Shown: positions 47,401 to 55,854 of the stretch, piece after piece
Layout of the letters: every line of letters starts with the position of its first letter
How positions within the stretch are numbered: the first letter of the stretch is position 1
Source: Bacteroidota bacterium
Lineage (GTDB): Bacteria > Bacteroidota > Bacteroidia > Bacteroidales > FEN-979
Length of the DNA: 64,000 bases
Direction of reading: 5' to 3'
Assembly: GCA_026391735.1 (NCBI GenBank)
Contig: JAPLDL010000025.1
Span: 3,164-67,163 of the forward strand
The notes under the pieces: model-generated
The model's database searches: none
Told to the model about the DNA's origin: nothing
The model's input: the letters and a program-made list of their open reading frames with translations, nothing else
Made by a program: the position numbers and the translations under genes

Positions 47401-47947
47401 ATATCGGGTGATCGGGAAATGCATGAAAACCGAGCTTCCTGCCATAACCCTCATCAATACACGGCTTCAGACTGTCGGCAGGCTCAACAGACTCCAGGCC
47501 GAGGATGTTCAGGTAATGCATTGCAAAACCCGAAAGTAACATGTTGCCTCCGCTCCCAAGATATTCGTTGAAGGCTTTGACCGTTTTTGCATTGCTGAGT
47601 TCAGCAGGGATTGGTCCTTTTCTATTTCGCTGGTATATTACAATAGTATAAGACTTGAGGGCGGATGGGCGTTTTGCCAGGTCTCCTGCTGACAGGAAAT
47701 CGCAAATGCAGTTGGGCTGTGACCTCAGAAAAGAATACAGCGAACGGATGATGGTATCGGAAGTTTCATAGGACTGATCGCAAAGAAGAGCTATTGCAAG
47801 CCCATAATTTCTGATTTCTGAACCCTTATTTTTACTAAGTTTTACAGTATGGATCTGGATACTTTTCCCCTTGATGGTTTGCCCCGAAACGCTTATCCCG
47901 TTCAAAAAAACAGTCAAAAGAAGAAAAACGGCAATCCTGGTTATCAT
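44477..47947 (-). CDS. Large secreted protein with an amylo-alpha-1,6-glucosidase (GDE_C-like) (alpha/alpha)6 domain
   Basis: 1156 aa with a signal peptide. The central and C-terminal blocks YAWYFGRDGEWSGLALLDAGDYE, DATPLYIILAGRYF and GSVWPLFTGWTSMAEY resemble the glycogen-debranching C-domain. The N-terminal ~300 aa are unknown. Confidence 0.7.
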   Translation of the reverse strand: MITRIAVFLLLTVFLNGISVSGQTIKGKSIQIHTVKLSKNKGSEIRNYGLAIALLCDQSYETSDTIIRSLYSFLRSQPNCICDFLSAGDLAKRPSALKSYTIVIYQRNRKGPIPAELSNAKTVKAFNEYLGSGGNMLLSGFAMHYLNILGLESVEPADSLKPCIDEGYGRKLGFHAFPDHPIFSGLNGGAYILKPLTDQATGLCGYFGEKLPANGKVVAVDWDYIFLREESKIVLEYTPGKGRVLAVGGYMDFSQPNLNSLHLKKFTTNCIEYLSGKLQGQNICYWDYLGNTISECTGDTMKSPSSMIKPGVCWMEPEDPLALERRYSSVDPWDVAGERILTMGTGNGGIEEVWAHPFMAFRDYEVGLKFDYKDTIYWLNDQRPEVIAHPSYFCRQYKFPRAYLKEIIVSDPEDPAGVLHYEYRGVYGAEMFIRFKSNLRLMWPYSEKATGSICHSWLNGIQAMKFSDKTGMLNVFVGANKPVSQQLSGQFSGFAIDNNYKASGIPSTDFQAATFLHYRLEMNDQIDVVYAAGNEGSKAIAEYYEKYSVAPGEIFQHSISHAAGLFKHRLVITSPDANFNRGYLWALVSADKFFVNTPGMGKSLVAGYATTRFGWDGAQKVSGRPGYAWYFGRDGEWSGLALLDAGDYEKVRSELEFYQKYQDLNGKILHEASTSGIVHYDASDATPLYIILAGRYFRFTNDTAFLRLSWPQIRKAIDFCFSTDTDKDHLIENTNVGHGWVEGGELYGSHATFYMAGCWDEALEEASNMATFMKDMEKGRYKDEAEVVHGIINRDFWNQSTSFFNYGKNADGSFRSEPTVLPAVPLGFGLADPEKAGLVLRQFASNSFSANWGVRIIRDDSRLFKPTGYHYGSVWPLFTGWTSMAEYRYGNTVQGFSHMMSNLNIYSSWALGHVQEVLNGSVYKPSGVCSNQCWSETMVLQPVLEGLLGLDVDAVKGRLKLAPALPAGWDSLETRNIRIGDRFLNMKFKKSKDKLSYRFTSVYHETMTLEFAPLLPAGTSIISCKLNQKEIPFTIASSARGVSVRMEFIPDGVDMLELEFRNGIAVLPVTGDAKPGYSSEGLRIIDQQLDSKVYSVIAENRSGSSAEVSVWINDQDIDHIENGTLLSKKGNVSNIMVYFPENGLKYTEVPLKIYLK

Positions 47948-48594
47948 AATTCGGCAATTAAGTCATTAAGGTTTCTGAACAAAGGGAACTTGCATTTTCT
48001 GAGTCTTTCCTCGCTGTGGTGGCCGTTGGGGATCAGGAGACAGTCTATCCCGATCTCACATGCTACTTCCGCATCATGCATTGTATCTCCAATAAACAGG
48101 AGGGAAGAAGCCTGCACACCGAGATCAGCTATCAGCCGAAAACCAACATCAGTCTTTCCATGCGCATAATGGTCATCCAGCCCGTAGATCTTGTCAAAAT
48201 ACCGGTTGACCCCGAGAACTAAAGTCTCTGCAAGTAATTCGTTTTGTTCCCTGGCCGAGAGTATGGATTGTCCGAAACCGGCCTGTTTGAATTTTTCAAG
48301 AACGGTCAACACAGCGGGATGCAACTTGCATTCTTTTTGCCTTTGGTTGTATAGTACCATAAATTCCATACCTACTGTTTCAAACGGCTCATTTTCAAAG
48401 TCGTATCCCAGTTTCTCATAATAGTCCCTGACCGGAAATGTGAACACCGAACGATAAAAATCCAGGCTGACTGCAGGCAGGCCCCGTTTCACAAGCATTC
48501 CGTTCATAACCTCAACACAAAGCCAGGCATCGTCAAGCAGGGTACCGTTCCAGTCCCATATAATGTGTTTATAATCAGTAAATTTATGAAACAT
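47944..48594 (-). CDS. HAD-superfamily hydrolase (phosphoglycolate phosphatase / beta-PGM-like subfamily IA)
   Basis: Start moved to MFHKFTDYKHIIWDWNGTLLDD (ATG 48594). HAD motifs I (DWNGT), II (ILSA) and IV (GDTMHD) are present. There is a 4-nt ATGA overlap with the next gene. Confidence 0.8.
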   Translation of the reverse strand: MFHKFTDYKHIIWDWNGTLLDDAWLCVEVMNGMLVKRGLPAVSLDFYRSVFTFPVRDYYEKLGYDFENEPFETVGMEFMVLYNQRQKECKLHPAVLTVLEKFKQAGFGQSILSAREQNELLAETLVLGVNRYFDKIYGLDDHYAHGKTDVGFRLIADLGVQASSLLFIGDTMHDAEVACEIGIDCLLIPNGHHSEERLRKCKFPLFRNLNDLIAEL

Positions 48595-48637
48595 CAAAAT
48601 TGTTTTAGCATGGCCAGAGAAAGATGGCAGACATTGT

Positions 48638-49633
48638 ATGAAATTAATTGACGAAATTTGTGAAATCAAAGATAGCAAAAAGATCACCCCAGGCATGAAT
48701 TCAGGCGAACTGCTGAAACCTCTTGAGATCTTAAAGGATTGTTCGGTCTGTCCAAGGGAATGCCATGTTAACCGCTGGGAGTCTTCAAATGGGATTTGCC
48801 GCAGCGATGCATCCTTCAATATCGCTTCCATATGTATTCACAAAGGGGAGGAGCCTGTCATTTCGGGCCCCCAGGGCATTTGCAATATTTTTTTCACAAA
48901 CTGCAACCTAAGGTGCATTTACTGCCAGAATCACCAGATAAGTGATACAGGGATCCACAGAGCATCCTTTCGTATGGAACTCCCTGATATCGTAAATGCT
49001 GTAACAGAAATTCTGGACCTGGGAATTAACATGGTCGGTTTTGTTTCACCATCCCATTTTGTTCCGCAGATGAAAATAATCATTGAGGCAATAAAACAGA
49101 AAGGATATTCCCCGCGCTGGGTATACAATACGAATGCATACGACAAAGCCGTCACCTTACGATCGCTGGAAGGCCTTATTGATGTGTATCTTCCCGATTT
49201 TAAATACATGGATTCTCATCTTGCTGCATCGCTCTCAGGGGCAGAAGACTATCCCGAGGTGGCCAGGGAAGCATTAAAGGAAATGTACCGGCAAAAAGGC
49301 CCTGTATTGCATCTTTCAGCTGACAATACCGCTGAATCAGGTATTGTCATAAGGCACCTTGTGCTGCCGGGAAATGTCGGGAACAGCCTCCAGGTTCTGA
49401 GGTACATTGCAGGAGAGATTTCATTGAAGATGCATATATCGCTGATGTCTCAATATTATCCTACGGCCAGGGTCATGGATCACCCTTTCCTGTACCGGCA
49501 ACTATACAGGGAAGAGTACCTGGAAGTTGTTAATGAAATGGAAAAGCTGGGTCTTGAATATGGCTGGGTACAGGATTTTGAAAGCGCCTCGCATTACAGG
49601 CCCGATTTCAAACTGAACCATCCGTTCGAATAA
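48638..49633 (+). CDS. Radical SAM protein of the PflX type (COG1313-like, homolog of PFL-activating enzymes)
   Basis: 331 aa. It has N-terminal CSVCPRECHVNR and the radical SAM CNLRCIYCQN. The true start may be the internal Met at 48695. Confidence 0.75.
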   Translation: MKLIDEICEIKDSKKITPGMNSGELLKPLEILKDCSVCPRECHVNRWESSNGICRSDASFNIASICIHKGEEPVISGPQGICNIFFTNCNLRCIYCQNHQISDTGIHRASFRMELPDIVNAVTEILDLGINMVGFVSPSHFVPQMKIIIEAIKQKGYSPRWVYNTNAYDKAVTLRSLEGLIDVYLPDFKYMDSHLAASLSGAEDYPEVAREALKEMYRQKGPVLHLSADNTAESGIVIRHLVLPGNVGNSLQVLRYIAGEISLKMHISLMSQYYPTARVMDHPFLYRQLYREEYLEVVNEMEKLGLEYGWVQDFESASHYRPDFKLNHPFE

Positions 49634-49702
49634 TTTCTTTGAATATCATCGGCACAATCGCCGTTTTCACCGATTATTTTATGAAGGAATTCATAATGTC
49701 GC

Positions 49703-49710
49703 TACTTTTG
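49703..49710 (+). promoter_or_regulatory. Candidate -7 promoter box TACTTTTG for pepC
   Basis: Exact TAnnTTTG match 30 nt upstream of the ATG at 49740. Confidence 0.4.
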
Positions 49711-49739
49711 GCGCCGTTCAAACTAACAAACAATTCTCC

Positions 49740-50939
49740 ATGAAACAAATTACACTAATCCTTCTGACATTGCTCTTCCTGGCTGTATCAGGTATTGCCC
49801 AGGAAAAAGAAAAGAAAGCAGATTCCTCTTACCAGTTTACTGTGGTAAAACAATTGCCTGCAACAAGCATTAAAAACCAGAACCGTTCAGGGACCTGCTG
49901 GAGTTATTCAGCAATAGCATTCCTTGAATCAGAGTTGCTCAGAACTGGTAAAGACACTTTCGATCTTTCCGAAATGTACTGTGTTCGGCAGTGTTATTCC
50001 GATAAAGCAAGGATCTATGTCCGCTTTGAGGGTAAACATAATTTCGGAGGTGGTGGCGCTGCCCACGATGTGACGTACGTATTGAAAAATTACGGCATGG
50101 TCCCCGAGGAAGCTTTTACCGGGCTTACCATAGGTGAAAAACTTCCGGTTCACGGCGAGATGGATGCTGTACTGTCTGCCTATGTGGATGCGGTTATAAA
50201 AAATCCGAACAAGAAACTAACCCCGGTCTGGCATGCCGGTTTTGACGGTATCCTTGATGCTTACCTGGGGAAAGTGCCTGGACAATTCACCTATAAAGGG
50301 AAGACCTATACACCACAGACTTTCGCTGATATGATGGGTCTCAATCCCGACAATTATGTTGAACTTACCTCCTATACTCACCATCCTTTTTATTCCAGGT
50401 TTATCCTTGAAGTGCCCGACAACTGGCTCATGGAGAGTGATTACAATGTACCCGTCAACGATCTCATGAACATTATAGACAACTCAATCCAGAATGGGTA
50501 CACCATTGTATGGGGCGCTGATGTAAGTGAAAAAGGTTTTTCCTGGAAAAATGGGGTTGCCATAGTCCCTGATAAAAATGCCCCTGAACTCGCAGGCCTG
50601 GAACAGGCGAAATGGGAAAAAATGACGGATGCAGAAAAGGATAAATTGCTCTATAAATTTGACAAACCGGTTCCTGAAAAGAAAATCACCCAGGAGATGC
50701 GCCAGGTTGAGTTTGACAACTACCAAACGACTGATGACCATGGTATGCAGATCACTGGTATTGCCAAAGACCAGAATGGTAATAAATATTACATTATAAA
50801 AAACTCCTGGGGACTTGATGACCATAAATACAAAGGGTATTTTTATGCTTCCGAAGCATATGTAATGCTCAAAACCATGGATATCATGGTTCATAAAAAT
50901 GCAATCCCGCAGGAAATCAGAAAAAAACTTGGTTTATAG
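49740..50939 (+). CDS. pepC: Aminopeptidase C / bleomycin-hydrolase family cysteine peptidase (C1B), with a signal peptide
   Basis: 399 aa. It has the active-site QNRSGTCWSYS and the C-terminal HGMQITG ... NSWG block. Confidence 0.85.
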   Translation: MKQITLILLTLLFLAVSGIAQEKEKKADSSYQFTVVKQLPATSIKNQNRSGTCWSYSAIAFLESELLRTGKDTFDLSEMYCVRQCYSDKARIYVRFEGKHNFGGGGAAHDVTYVLKNYGMVPEEAFTGLTIGEKLPVHGEMDAVLSAYVDAVIKNPNKKLTPVWHAGFDGILDAYLGKVPGQFTYKGKTYTPQTFADMMGLNPDNYVELTSYTHHPFYSRFILEVPDNWLMESDYNVPVNDLMNIIDNSIQNGYTIVWGADVSEKGFSWKNGVAIVPDKNAPELAGLEQAKWEKMTDAEKDKLLYKFDKPVPEKKITQEMRQVEFDNYQTTDDHGMQITGIAKDQNGNKYYIIKNSWGLDDHKYKGYFYASEAYVMLKTMDIMVHKNAIPQEIRKKLGL

Positions 50940-51614
50940 AGTCCAGCGGCCTTTCTGAGTCTGGAACCCTGTTGCTTTTTTAAGGCGTTCAAGGTATTCC
51001 GATCTTGGCACGGACCTTGCTCCAAGGCGTTTTAAAAGATCCGTTTCAACCTGGCAGTCAATAAAATGAAACTGCCAGGTTTTTATTTTTTCTGTCATAA
51101 AAAAAAATGCCACTTTGGATGCATCAGTGACTTTATGAAACATGCTTTCACCAAAAAAAGCCCTGCCTATTGATACTCCGTAAAGTCCGCCAACCAGATC
51201 ACCATCAAGATATGATTCAAAGGAATGGGCAAACCCCATAGTATGAAGCATGGTGTATCCCCTTATGAATTCTTCATCGATCCAGGTCCCGTCCTGTCCC
51301 TCACGGGGGGCTTCGGCACAGGCAGTGATCACTTCTTTGAATGCAGAGTCAATGCGGACTTCGAACTTTCCGCTCCTGATAACCCGCATCAGTGAAGGAG
51401 AAACCCTTAGTTTCTCTGGGAACAATATCAGCCTGGGGTCCGGAGAAAACCAGAAGATATCATCGTTATCCCTGAACCAGGGGAAAATACCTTCAGAATA
51501 TGCCTTCATCAACCTTTCAGGCGAAAGATCGCCTCCAATGGCCAGCAATCCATCCGGTTCAGCTTTAGAGGGACTTGGAAAAACAGGCTCTTCAGCAAGA
51601 AGATAAACAGGCAT
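50934..51614 (-). CDS. aat: Leucyl/phenylalanyl-tRNA--protein transferase
   Basis: 226 aa. Blocks seen are DGLLAIGGDLSPERLMKAYSEGIFPWF, WFSPDPR and GESMFH. Confidence 0.9.
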   Translation of the reverse strand: MPVYLLAEEPVFPSPSKAEPDGLLAIGGDLSPERLMKAYSEGIFPWFRDNDDIFWFSPDPRLILFPEKLRVSPSLMRVIRSGKFEVRIDSAFKEVITACAEAPREGQDGTWIDEEFIRGYTMLHTMGFAHSFESYLDGDLVGGLYGVSIGRAFFGESMFHKVTDASKVAFFFMTEKIKTWQFHFIDCQVETDLLKRLGARSVPRSEYLERLKKATGFQTQKGRWTL

Positions 51615-51624
51615 TCTTCGGGGG

Positions 51625-52626
51625 TTACTTGCCGACGACTATAACCTGGAAGCTCCCGGGTGCAACTTTCCTGCGGTTGTTCTCCATGGTCACATCAGCA
51701 GAAGACATATATATCTTTTTCTCTGCTGCGCTATATGTTATAGTTCTGGCGCTTTTCCGGGTAGGCAAAGATTGGATGACGCTATATTCCTTAGAACTGA
51801 TCTGATGAACTACGGTCATGAGTCCTTCACCACAGGAAGCAGCGATGTTTTGATCTTCTTTTATAAAAACAAGACCGTCGCAGCCGTCTCCCATGGGGAG
51901 CGAGGCAATAATCTTGCCGTTTGTGCAATCCATGACCACAATGGTTTTAGACTCACCGCAGGCAGAGAACAACCTGTTTGTTTTCAGGTCAATAGCCAGG
52001 CCCGAGGGTTCTTTGCCAGGATCCAGAGGCCATTCAGCATCTATTTTCAGGCTCTTTGCGTCAAATTTGCAAATAGTCGATTTATCTTCAATGTTTACGA
52101 ATATCTTTCCCTTTCCGTCCGAAACAGCAGCTTCGGGTTTACCTGAAACAGGCAGCGTTCCGACTACCTCATTGGTTTTTGCATCAATCGCAGTAACGGA
52201 GCTGCCTCGTCCGTTGAACGTGAAAACCCTTTTGCTGTATGGATCGTATAACACAGCATCCGGATTTTTATCTGTTTTAATTTTTCCCGTGACCTGCAGG
52301 CTTGTCAGGTCAAACACAACAACTGAATCGATACGGCCTGCCGTAATAAACCCCTTGCCAAACTCTTTCGCAATGGCAATCCCATGAACGCCTGGAGTAC
52401 CGGGAATAGTGCCGATAAGTTTTTCAGTCTTCAGATCCAGCACCTGAACCATCTGTCCGTGGGAAACATAAAGCCTCTGGGTAGCATCATCGGCCAGGAG
52501 ATAATCCCATCCGGCATCACCTTCAAGAGCGATGTTTTTTAATACTTTGTAATCTGATTTCTGCGCCTGGGCAAACTGCATAGTGCATAATGCACTGATG
52601 ATCAGCAATAATTTAAAAGCTTTCAT
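51625..52626 (-). CDS. YncE/YVTN-type seven-bladed beta-propeller protein, secreted
   Basis: 333 aa with a signal peptide. It shows repeated ~40-aa blades (G..P.G.A.. patterns, e.g. GTPGVHGIAI, DKNPDAVLYD, GKPEAAVSD, GKEPSGLAID). Confidence 0.7.
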   Translation of the reverse strand: MKAFKLLLIISALCTMQFAQAQKSDYKVLKNIALEGDAGWDYLLADDATQRLYVSHGQMVQVLDLKTEKLIGTIPGTPGVHGIAIAKEFGKGFITAGRIDSVVVFDLTSLQVTGKIKTDKNPDAVLYDPYSKRVFTFNGRGSSVTAIDAKTNEVVGTLPVSGKPEAAVSDGKGKIFVNIEDKSTICKFDAKSLKIDAEWPLDPGKEPSGLAIDLKTNRLFSACGESKTIVVMDCTNGKIIASLPMGDGCDGLVFIKEDQNIAASCGEGLMTVVHQISSKEYSVIQSLPTRKSARTITYSAAEKKIYMSSADVTMENNRRKVAPGSFQVIVVGK

Positions 52627-52764
52627 AATTCAGGGTTCTTTTGAAGTTTAATGAACTGAGGTATATTCCGTTTACAACAAGATAATAAACAAAAGTAGTA
52701 AACTAAGCTGATAAATTCTTGGATAAAGTGGGCCTGGTGTTAAGATTTTATCTAATTTCACGTT

Positions 52765-54471
52765 ATGAAATCGAAAGTAACTTTTGAAAGAGCTTTACTG
52801 GTGCTGATGCTCTTTGCACCATTGTATTCGTTTTCCTTTCAGGGAAATGACACAACCACTTCACGGGTCCGCTTCCACCATGAGATTCCAGATCAACCCT
52901 ATTTACCCCCTGCGGGGAATCTCCGTACCACTGCGCCCCGCCTGAAAAGTGCAGGATATACCATGGTGCAGGTCAATGTGGACGCCAACCAGCAAAACAT
53001 CGTGGGTGATGCGGCCAATGAACCTTCCATGACCATTAATCATAAAAATCCCCAACATATCCTGATAGGATGGCGCCAGTTCGACAATGTAAACAGTAAT
53101 TTCAGGCAGGCAGGTTACGGGTATACCACTGATGGAGGACAAACCTGGACTTTCCCGGGCGTCATTAACCAGGGAATCTTCAGAAGCGACCCGGTACTTG
53201 ATTGTGATTCATCAGGTAACTTCTATTACAACAGCCTTACCCTGGATGCAGGCAATAATTACCTCTGCAAGGTTTTCAAAAGCGAAAACGGAGGAGCTGT
53301 ATGGGATGCAGGTGTCGATGCACACGGGGGAGACAAGCAGTGGATGGTCATCGACCGCAGCGGCGGCACCGGGACAGGTAATATTTATTGTGACTGGAAT
53401 GCTTATTTCAGTTCCTGCCTCCCCGGTTCCTTTACCCGTTCCACAGATGATGGGGCCACTTTCGAAAATTGCACCGATCTCCCTGGAGGTCCTTATTGGG
53501 GAACATTAGCCATGGGCAACAACGGGGAGGTTTATATCTCCGGATGGAGCGATACCTTTGGATTAATTGTTTTAAAATCAACTAATGCCCAGAACGCCGG
53601 AGCCACTCCGACATGGACTATGTCAATGGCAGACCTCGACGGACAGGTATTTTACGGGGAGCTTATTAATCCAGGCGGATTAACCGGGCAGGTCAGTATT
53701 GCGGTCGACCCTTCCACTGGTCCCGCACACGACAATGTATACATTCTCTCATCAGTAGCCAGATTCTCAAACAGTGATTCAGCCGATGTAATGTTCTCTC
53801 GGAGCACCGATGGCGGACAGAGCTGGAGTTCCCCGGTAAGGGTAAACGATGATATCGGAACCGGAAGCTACCAGTGGTTCGGCACGATGTCAGTCGCACC
53901 TAACGGACGGATCGATGCGACCTGGCTCGACACACGTGACTCACCCCCGGGTTCACTGCTTTCAGCTCTGTATTATTCATACTCCCTGGACCATGGAGTC
54001 AGCTGGTCGGCCAACCAGAAACTATCGCCCTTGTTCGATTCACGCGTTGGGTGGCCACAACAGGCTAAAATGGGAGATTATGTTTCAATGAGCTCTGATA
54101 ACAACAAGGCATACCTCGCCTGGACAAATACACTTAACTCCGAAGAGGATGTATATTTCAGCACGATAACACCTTTCGCCGCAGGGATATCAAACATCAT
54201 ACCCGATGACCAGACAATCCGTATATCGTCTTATCCTTGCCCATTCAATGACCATGCAACAATCGATTATTATTTGCCTGAAGCCGGGTTCATCAAATTA
54301 TCTCTGGTAGATATCTGTGGAAAAGAAATAAAAAATATTATTTCGGGATACCAGGATAAAGGAAATCACCATGCAAGCCTTTCAGGTGCAGATATTCAGG
54401 CAGGATACTATTTCTTAAGAGTCTCATCAGGAACATCCAGCTGTTCGATCGGAACTGCAAAGATCAATTAA
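52765..54471 (+). CDS. BNR/Asp-box repeat (sialidase-fold) protein with a T9SS C-terminal sorting domain
   Basis: 568 aa. Five Asp-boxes are seen (TTDGGQTW, SENGGAVW, STDDGATF, STDGGQSW, SLDHGVSW). The C-terminal SSYPCPFNDHATIDYYL...GYYFLRVSSG...AKIN is CTD-like. Confidence 0.8.
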   Translation: MKSKVTFERALLVLMLFAPLYSFSFQGNDTTTSRVRFHHEIPDQPYLPPAGNLRTTAPRLKSAGYTMVQVNVDANQQNIVGDAANEPSMTINHKNPQHILIGWRQFDNVNSNFRQAGYGYTTDGGQTWTFPGVINQGIFRSDPVLDCDSSGNFYYNSLTLDAGNNYLCKVFKSENGGAVWDAGVDAHGGDKQWMVIDRSGGTGTGNIYCDWNAYFSSCLPGSFTRSTDDGATFENCTDLPGGPYWGTLAMGNNGEVYISGWSDTFGLIVLKSTNAQNAGATPTWTMSMADLDGQVFYGELINPGGLTGQVSIAVDPSTGPAHDNVYILSSVARFSNSDSADVMFSRSTDGGQSWSSPVRVNDDIGTGSYQWFGTMSVAPNGRIDATWLDTRDSPPGSLLSALYYSYSLDHGVSWSANQKLSPLFDSRVGWPQQAKMGDYVSMSSDNNKAYLAWTNTLNSEEDVYFSTITPFAAGISNIIPDDQTIRISSYPCPFNDHATIDYYLPEAGFIKLSLVDICGKEIKNIISGYQDKGNHHASLSGADIQAGYYFLRVSSGTSSCSIGTAKIN

Positions 54472-54528
54472 TTGTTGTACTGACAAGGATCTCTGAAATC
54501 CCTGTTAAGTCTTGTTTTGCGTATGGGC

Positions 54529-55722
54529 TTAAAGTGAAGCCATCGCCTTGAGTAATCTTTCCATACCCTGGTTTATCTCCTCAAGGCTGATCACCAGCGG
54601 AGGTGCGATCCTGAAGGTCGCCGGTCTGAACAGATAGTAATCGATAATGACTCCTTGTTCAAGGCAGGCGTCAAGAAAACGTTTACGTTTGGATGGATCA
54701 GCCAGGTCAATCCCAAGGGCCAGGCCCTTGCGTCGGATCCCCGAAATAAACCCGCTTTCAAGGGAGGTGGACAGCATATCTTCTATGAGTTTACCTTTCA
54801 TTTCTGCTGTTTGCGGATATTGTCCTCCGAGCAGCACGTCAATCCCCGCTATTGCTGCAGCACAGCTGACAGGATGACCTCCGAAAGTAGTGATGTGCCC
54901 GAGTTCCGGATTATAAGCCAAGGTATCCATGATGTTTCTTGGTGCAATAAATGCCCCCAAAGGCATACCGGCTCCTAAAGCCTTCGCCAATACCAGGATG
55001 TCTGGAACAATCCCGAAAGACTCAAAGCTGAAAAATTTCCCGGTTCGTCCAAACCCCATCTGTACATCGTCAATAATAAGCAATGCCCCGGTTTCATGGC
55101 ATCGCTCACGCAACCTTGACATAAACTCATCGGCCGGGAGGATCAGGCCTGCTTCAGCCTGTATCGTTTCGGCAACCACACAGGCAGTTTGTGAACCGAT
55201 CTTTTCAAGATCGGCAGAATTATTGAATTCCAGAAAACTCACATCAGGCAGCAATGGCCTGAAAGCCTGTTTCATGGATTCATTGCCTAAGATGCTCATC
55301 GAGCCATGTGTTGATCCGTGGTAAGCATTTTTAAAAGCGACCATGCCAGGGCGGCCGGTAAATCGCTTTGCCAGCTTTAAAGAGCCTTCTATGGCTTCAG
55401 AACCCGAATTCACAAAATACACCGAATCCATGGAAGGAGGGAGCAGACCACATAGCTTTTCGGCCAGCTTAACCTGGGGAGATTGAATGAACTCACCATA
55501 AACATTTAAATACAAATAAGCATCCAGTTGCTGTTTTATTGCTCCCAGTACCTGCGGATGACGATGCCCCACGTTGCTTACCGAAATCCCTGAAACCATA
55601 TCGATATAATCCCTGCCACCACGGTCATACAAATACACCCCTTCGGCCTTTACAATATCGAGAGCCATCGGGCCAAAAGCAGGTAGGCCCAGGTAACGGT
55701 AAAACAATTCCCTTTCGGTCAT
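54529..55722 (-). CDS. Class-III PLP-dependent aminotransferase (acetylornithine/ornithine aminotransferase-like)
   Basis: 397 aa. Blocks seen are VNSGSEAIEGSLKLA, IIDDVQMGFGRTGKFF and VLAKALGAGMPLGA. Confidence 0.85.
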   Translation of the reverse strand: MTERELFYRYLGLPAFGPMALDIVKAEGVYLYDRGGRDYIDMVSGISVSNVGHRHPQVLGAIKQQLDAYLYLNVYGEFIQSPQVKLAEKLCGLLPPSMDSVYFVNSGSEAIEGSLKLAKRFTGRPGMVAFKNAYHGSTHGSMSILGNESMKQAFRPLLPDVSFLEFNNSADLEKIGSQTACVVAETIQAEAGLILPADEFMSRLRERCHETGALLIIDDVQMGFGRTGKFFSFESFGIVPDILVLAKALGAGMPLGAFIAPRNIMDTLAYNPELGHITTFGGHPVSCAAAIAGIDVLLGGQYPQTAEMKGKLIEDMLSTSLESGFISGIRRKGLALGIDLADPSKRKRFLDACLEQGVIIDYYLFRPATFRIAPPLVISLEEINQGMERLLKAMASL

Positions 55723-55761
55723 AACTAGAAATTTATACGAAAGTACATTTTTCCCTTATAT

Positions 55762-55786
55762 GGGATGAGGGATGCAGGATGAGGAG
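55762..55786. repeat. Tandem heptamer array (GGGATGA)x3.5
   Basis: GGGATGA GGGATGC AGGATGA GGAG, read directly, in the divergent promoter region. Confidence 0.85.
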
Positions 55787-55789
55787 ACT

Positions 55790-55824
55790 TAAATCGTAAA
55801 TCGTACTTCGTAAATCGTAAATCC
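55790..55824. repeat. Tandem heptamer array (TAAATCG)x5
   Basis: TAAATCG TAAATCG TACTTCG TAAATCG TAAATCC, ending 6 nt before a -7 promoter box. Confidence 0.85.
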
Positions 55825-55830
55825 ATTTCA

Positions 55831-55838
55831 TACCTTTG
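55831..55838 (+). promoter_or_regulatory. Candidate -7 promoter box TACCTTTG for the SDR gene
   Basis: Exact TAnnTTTG match 17 nt before the ATG at 55855. The variant heptamer TACTTCG supplies TTCG 20 nt upstream, at the -33 position. Confidence 0.45.
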
Positions 55839-55854
55839 CCTCAAACATGAACCC

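Noticed and set aside
47944-48831. The 295-aa minus-strand ORF as given in the track (HAD hydrolase with an 79-aa N-terminal extension).
   Set aside because: The HAD fold starts at MFHKFTDYKHIIWDWNGT (ATG 48594). The extension has no HAD similarity and would run antisense through the start of the radical-SAM gene. I shortened the CDS to 47944-48594.
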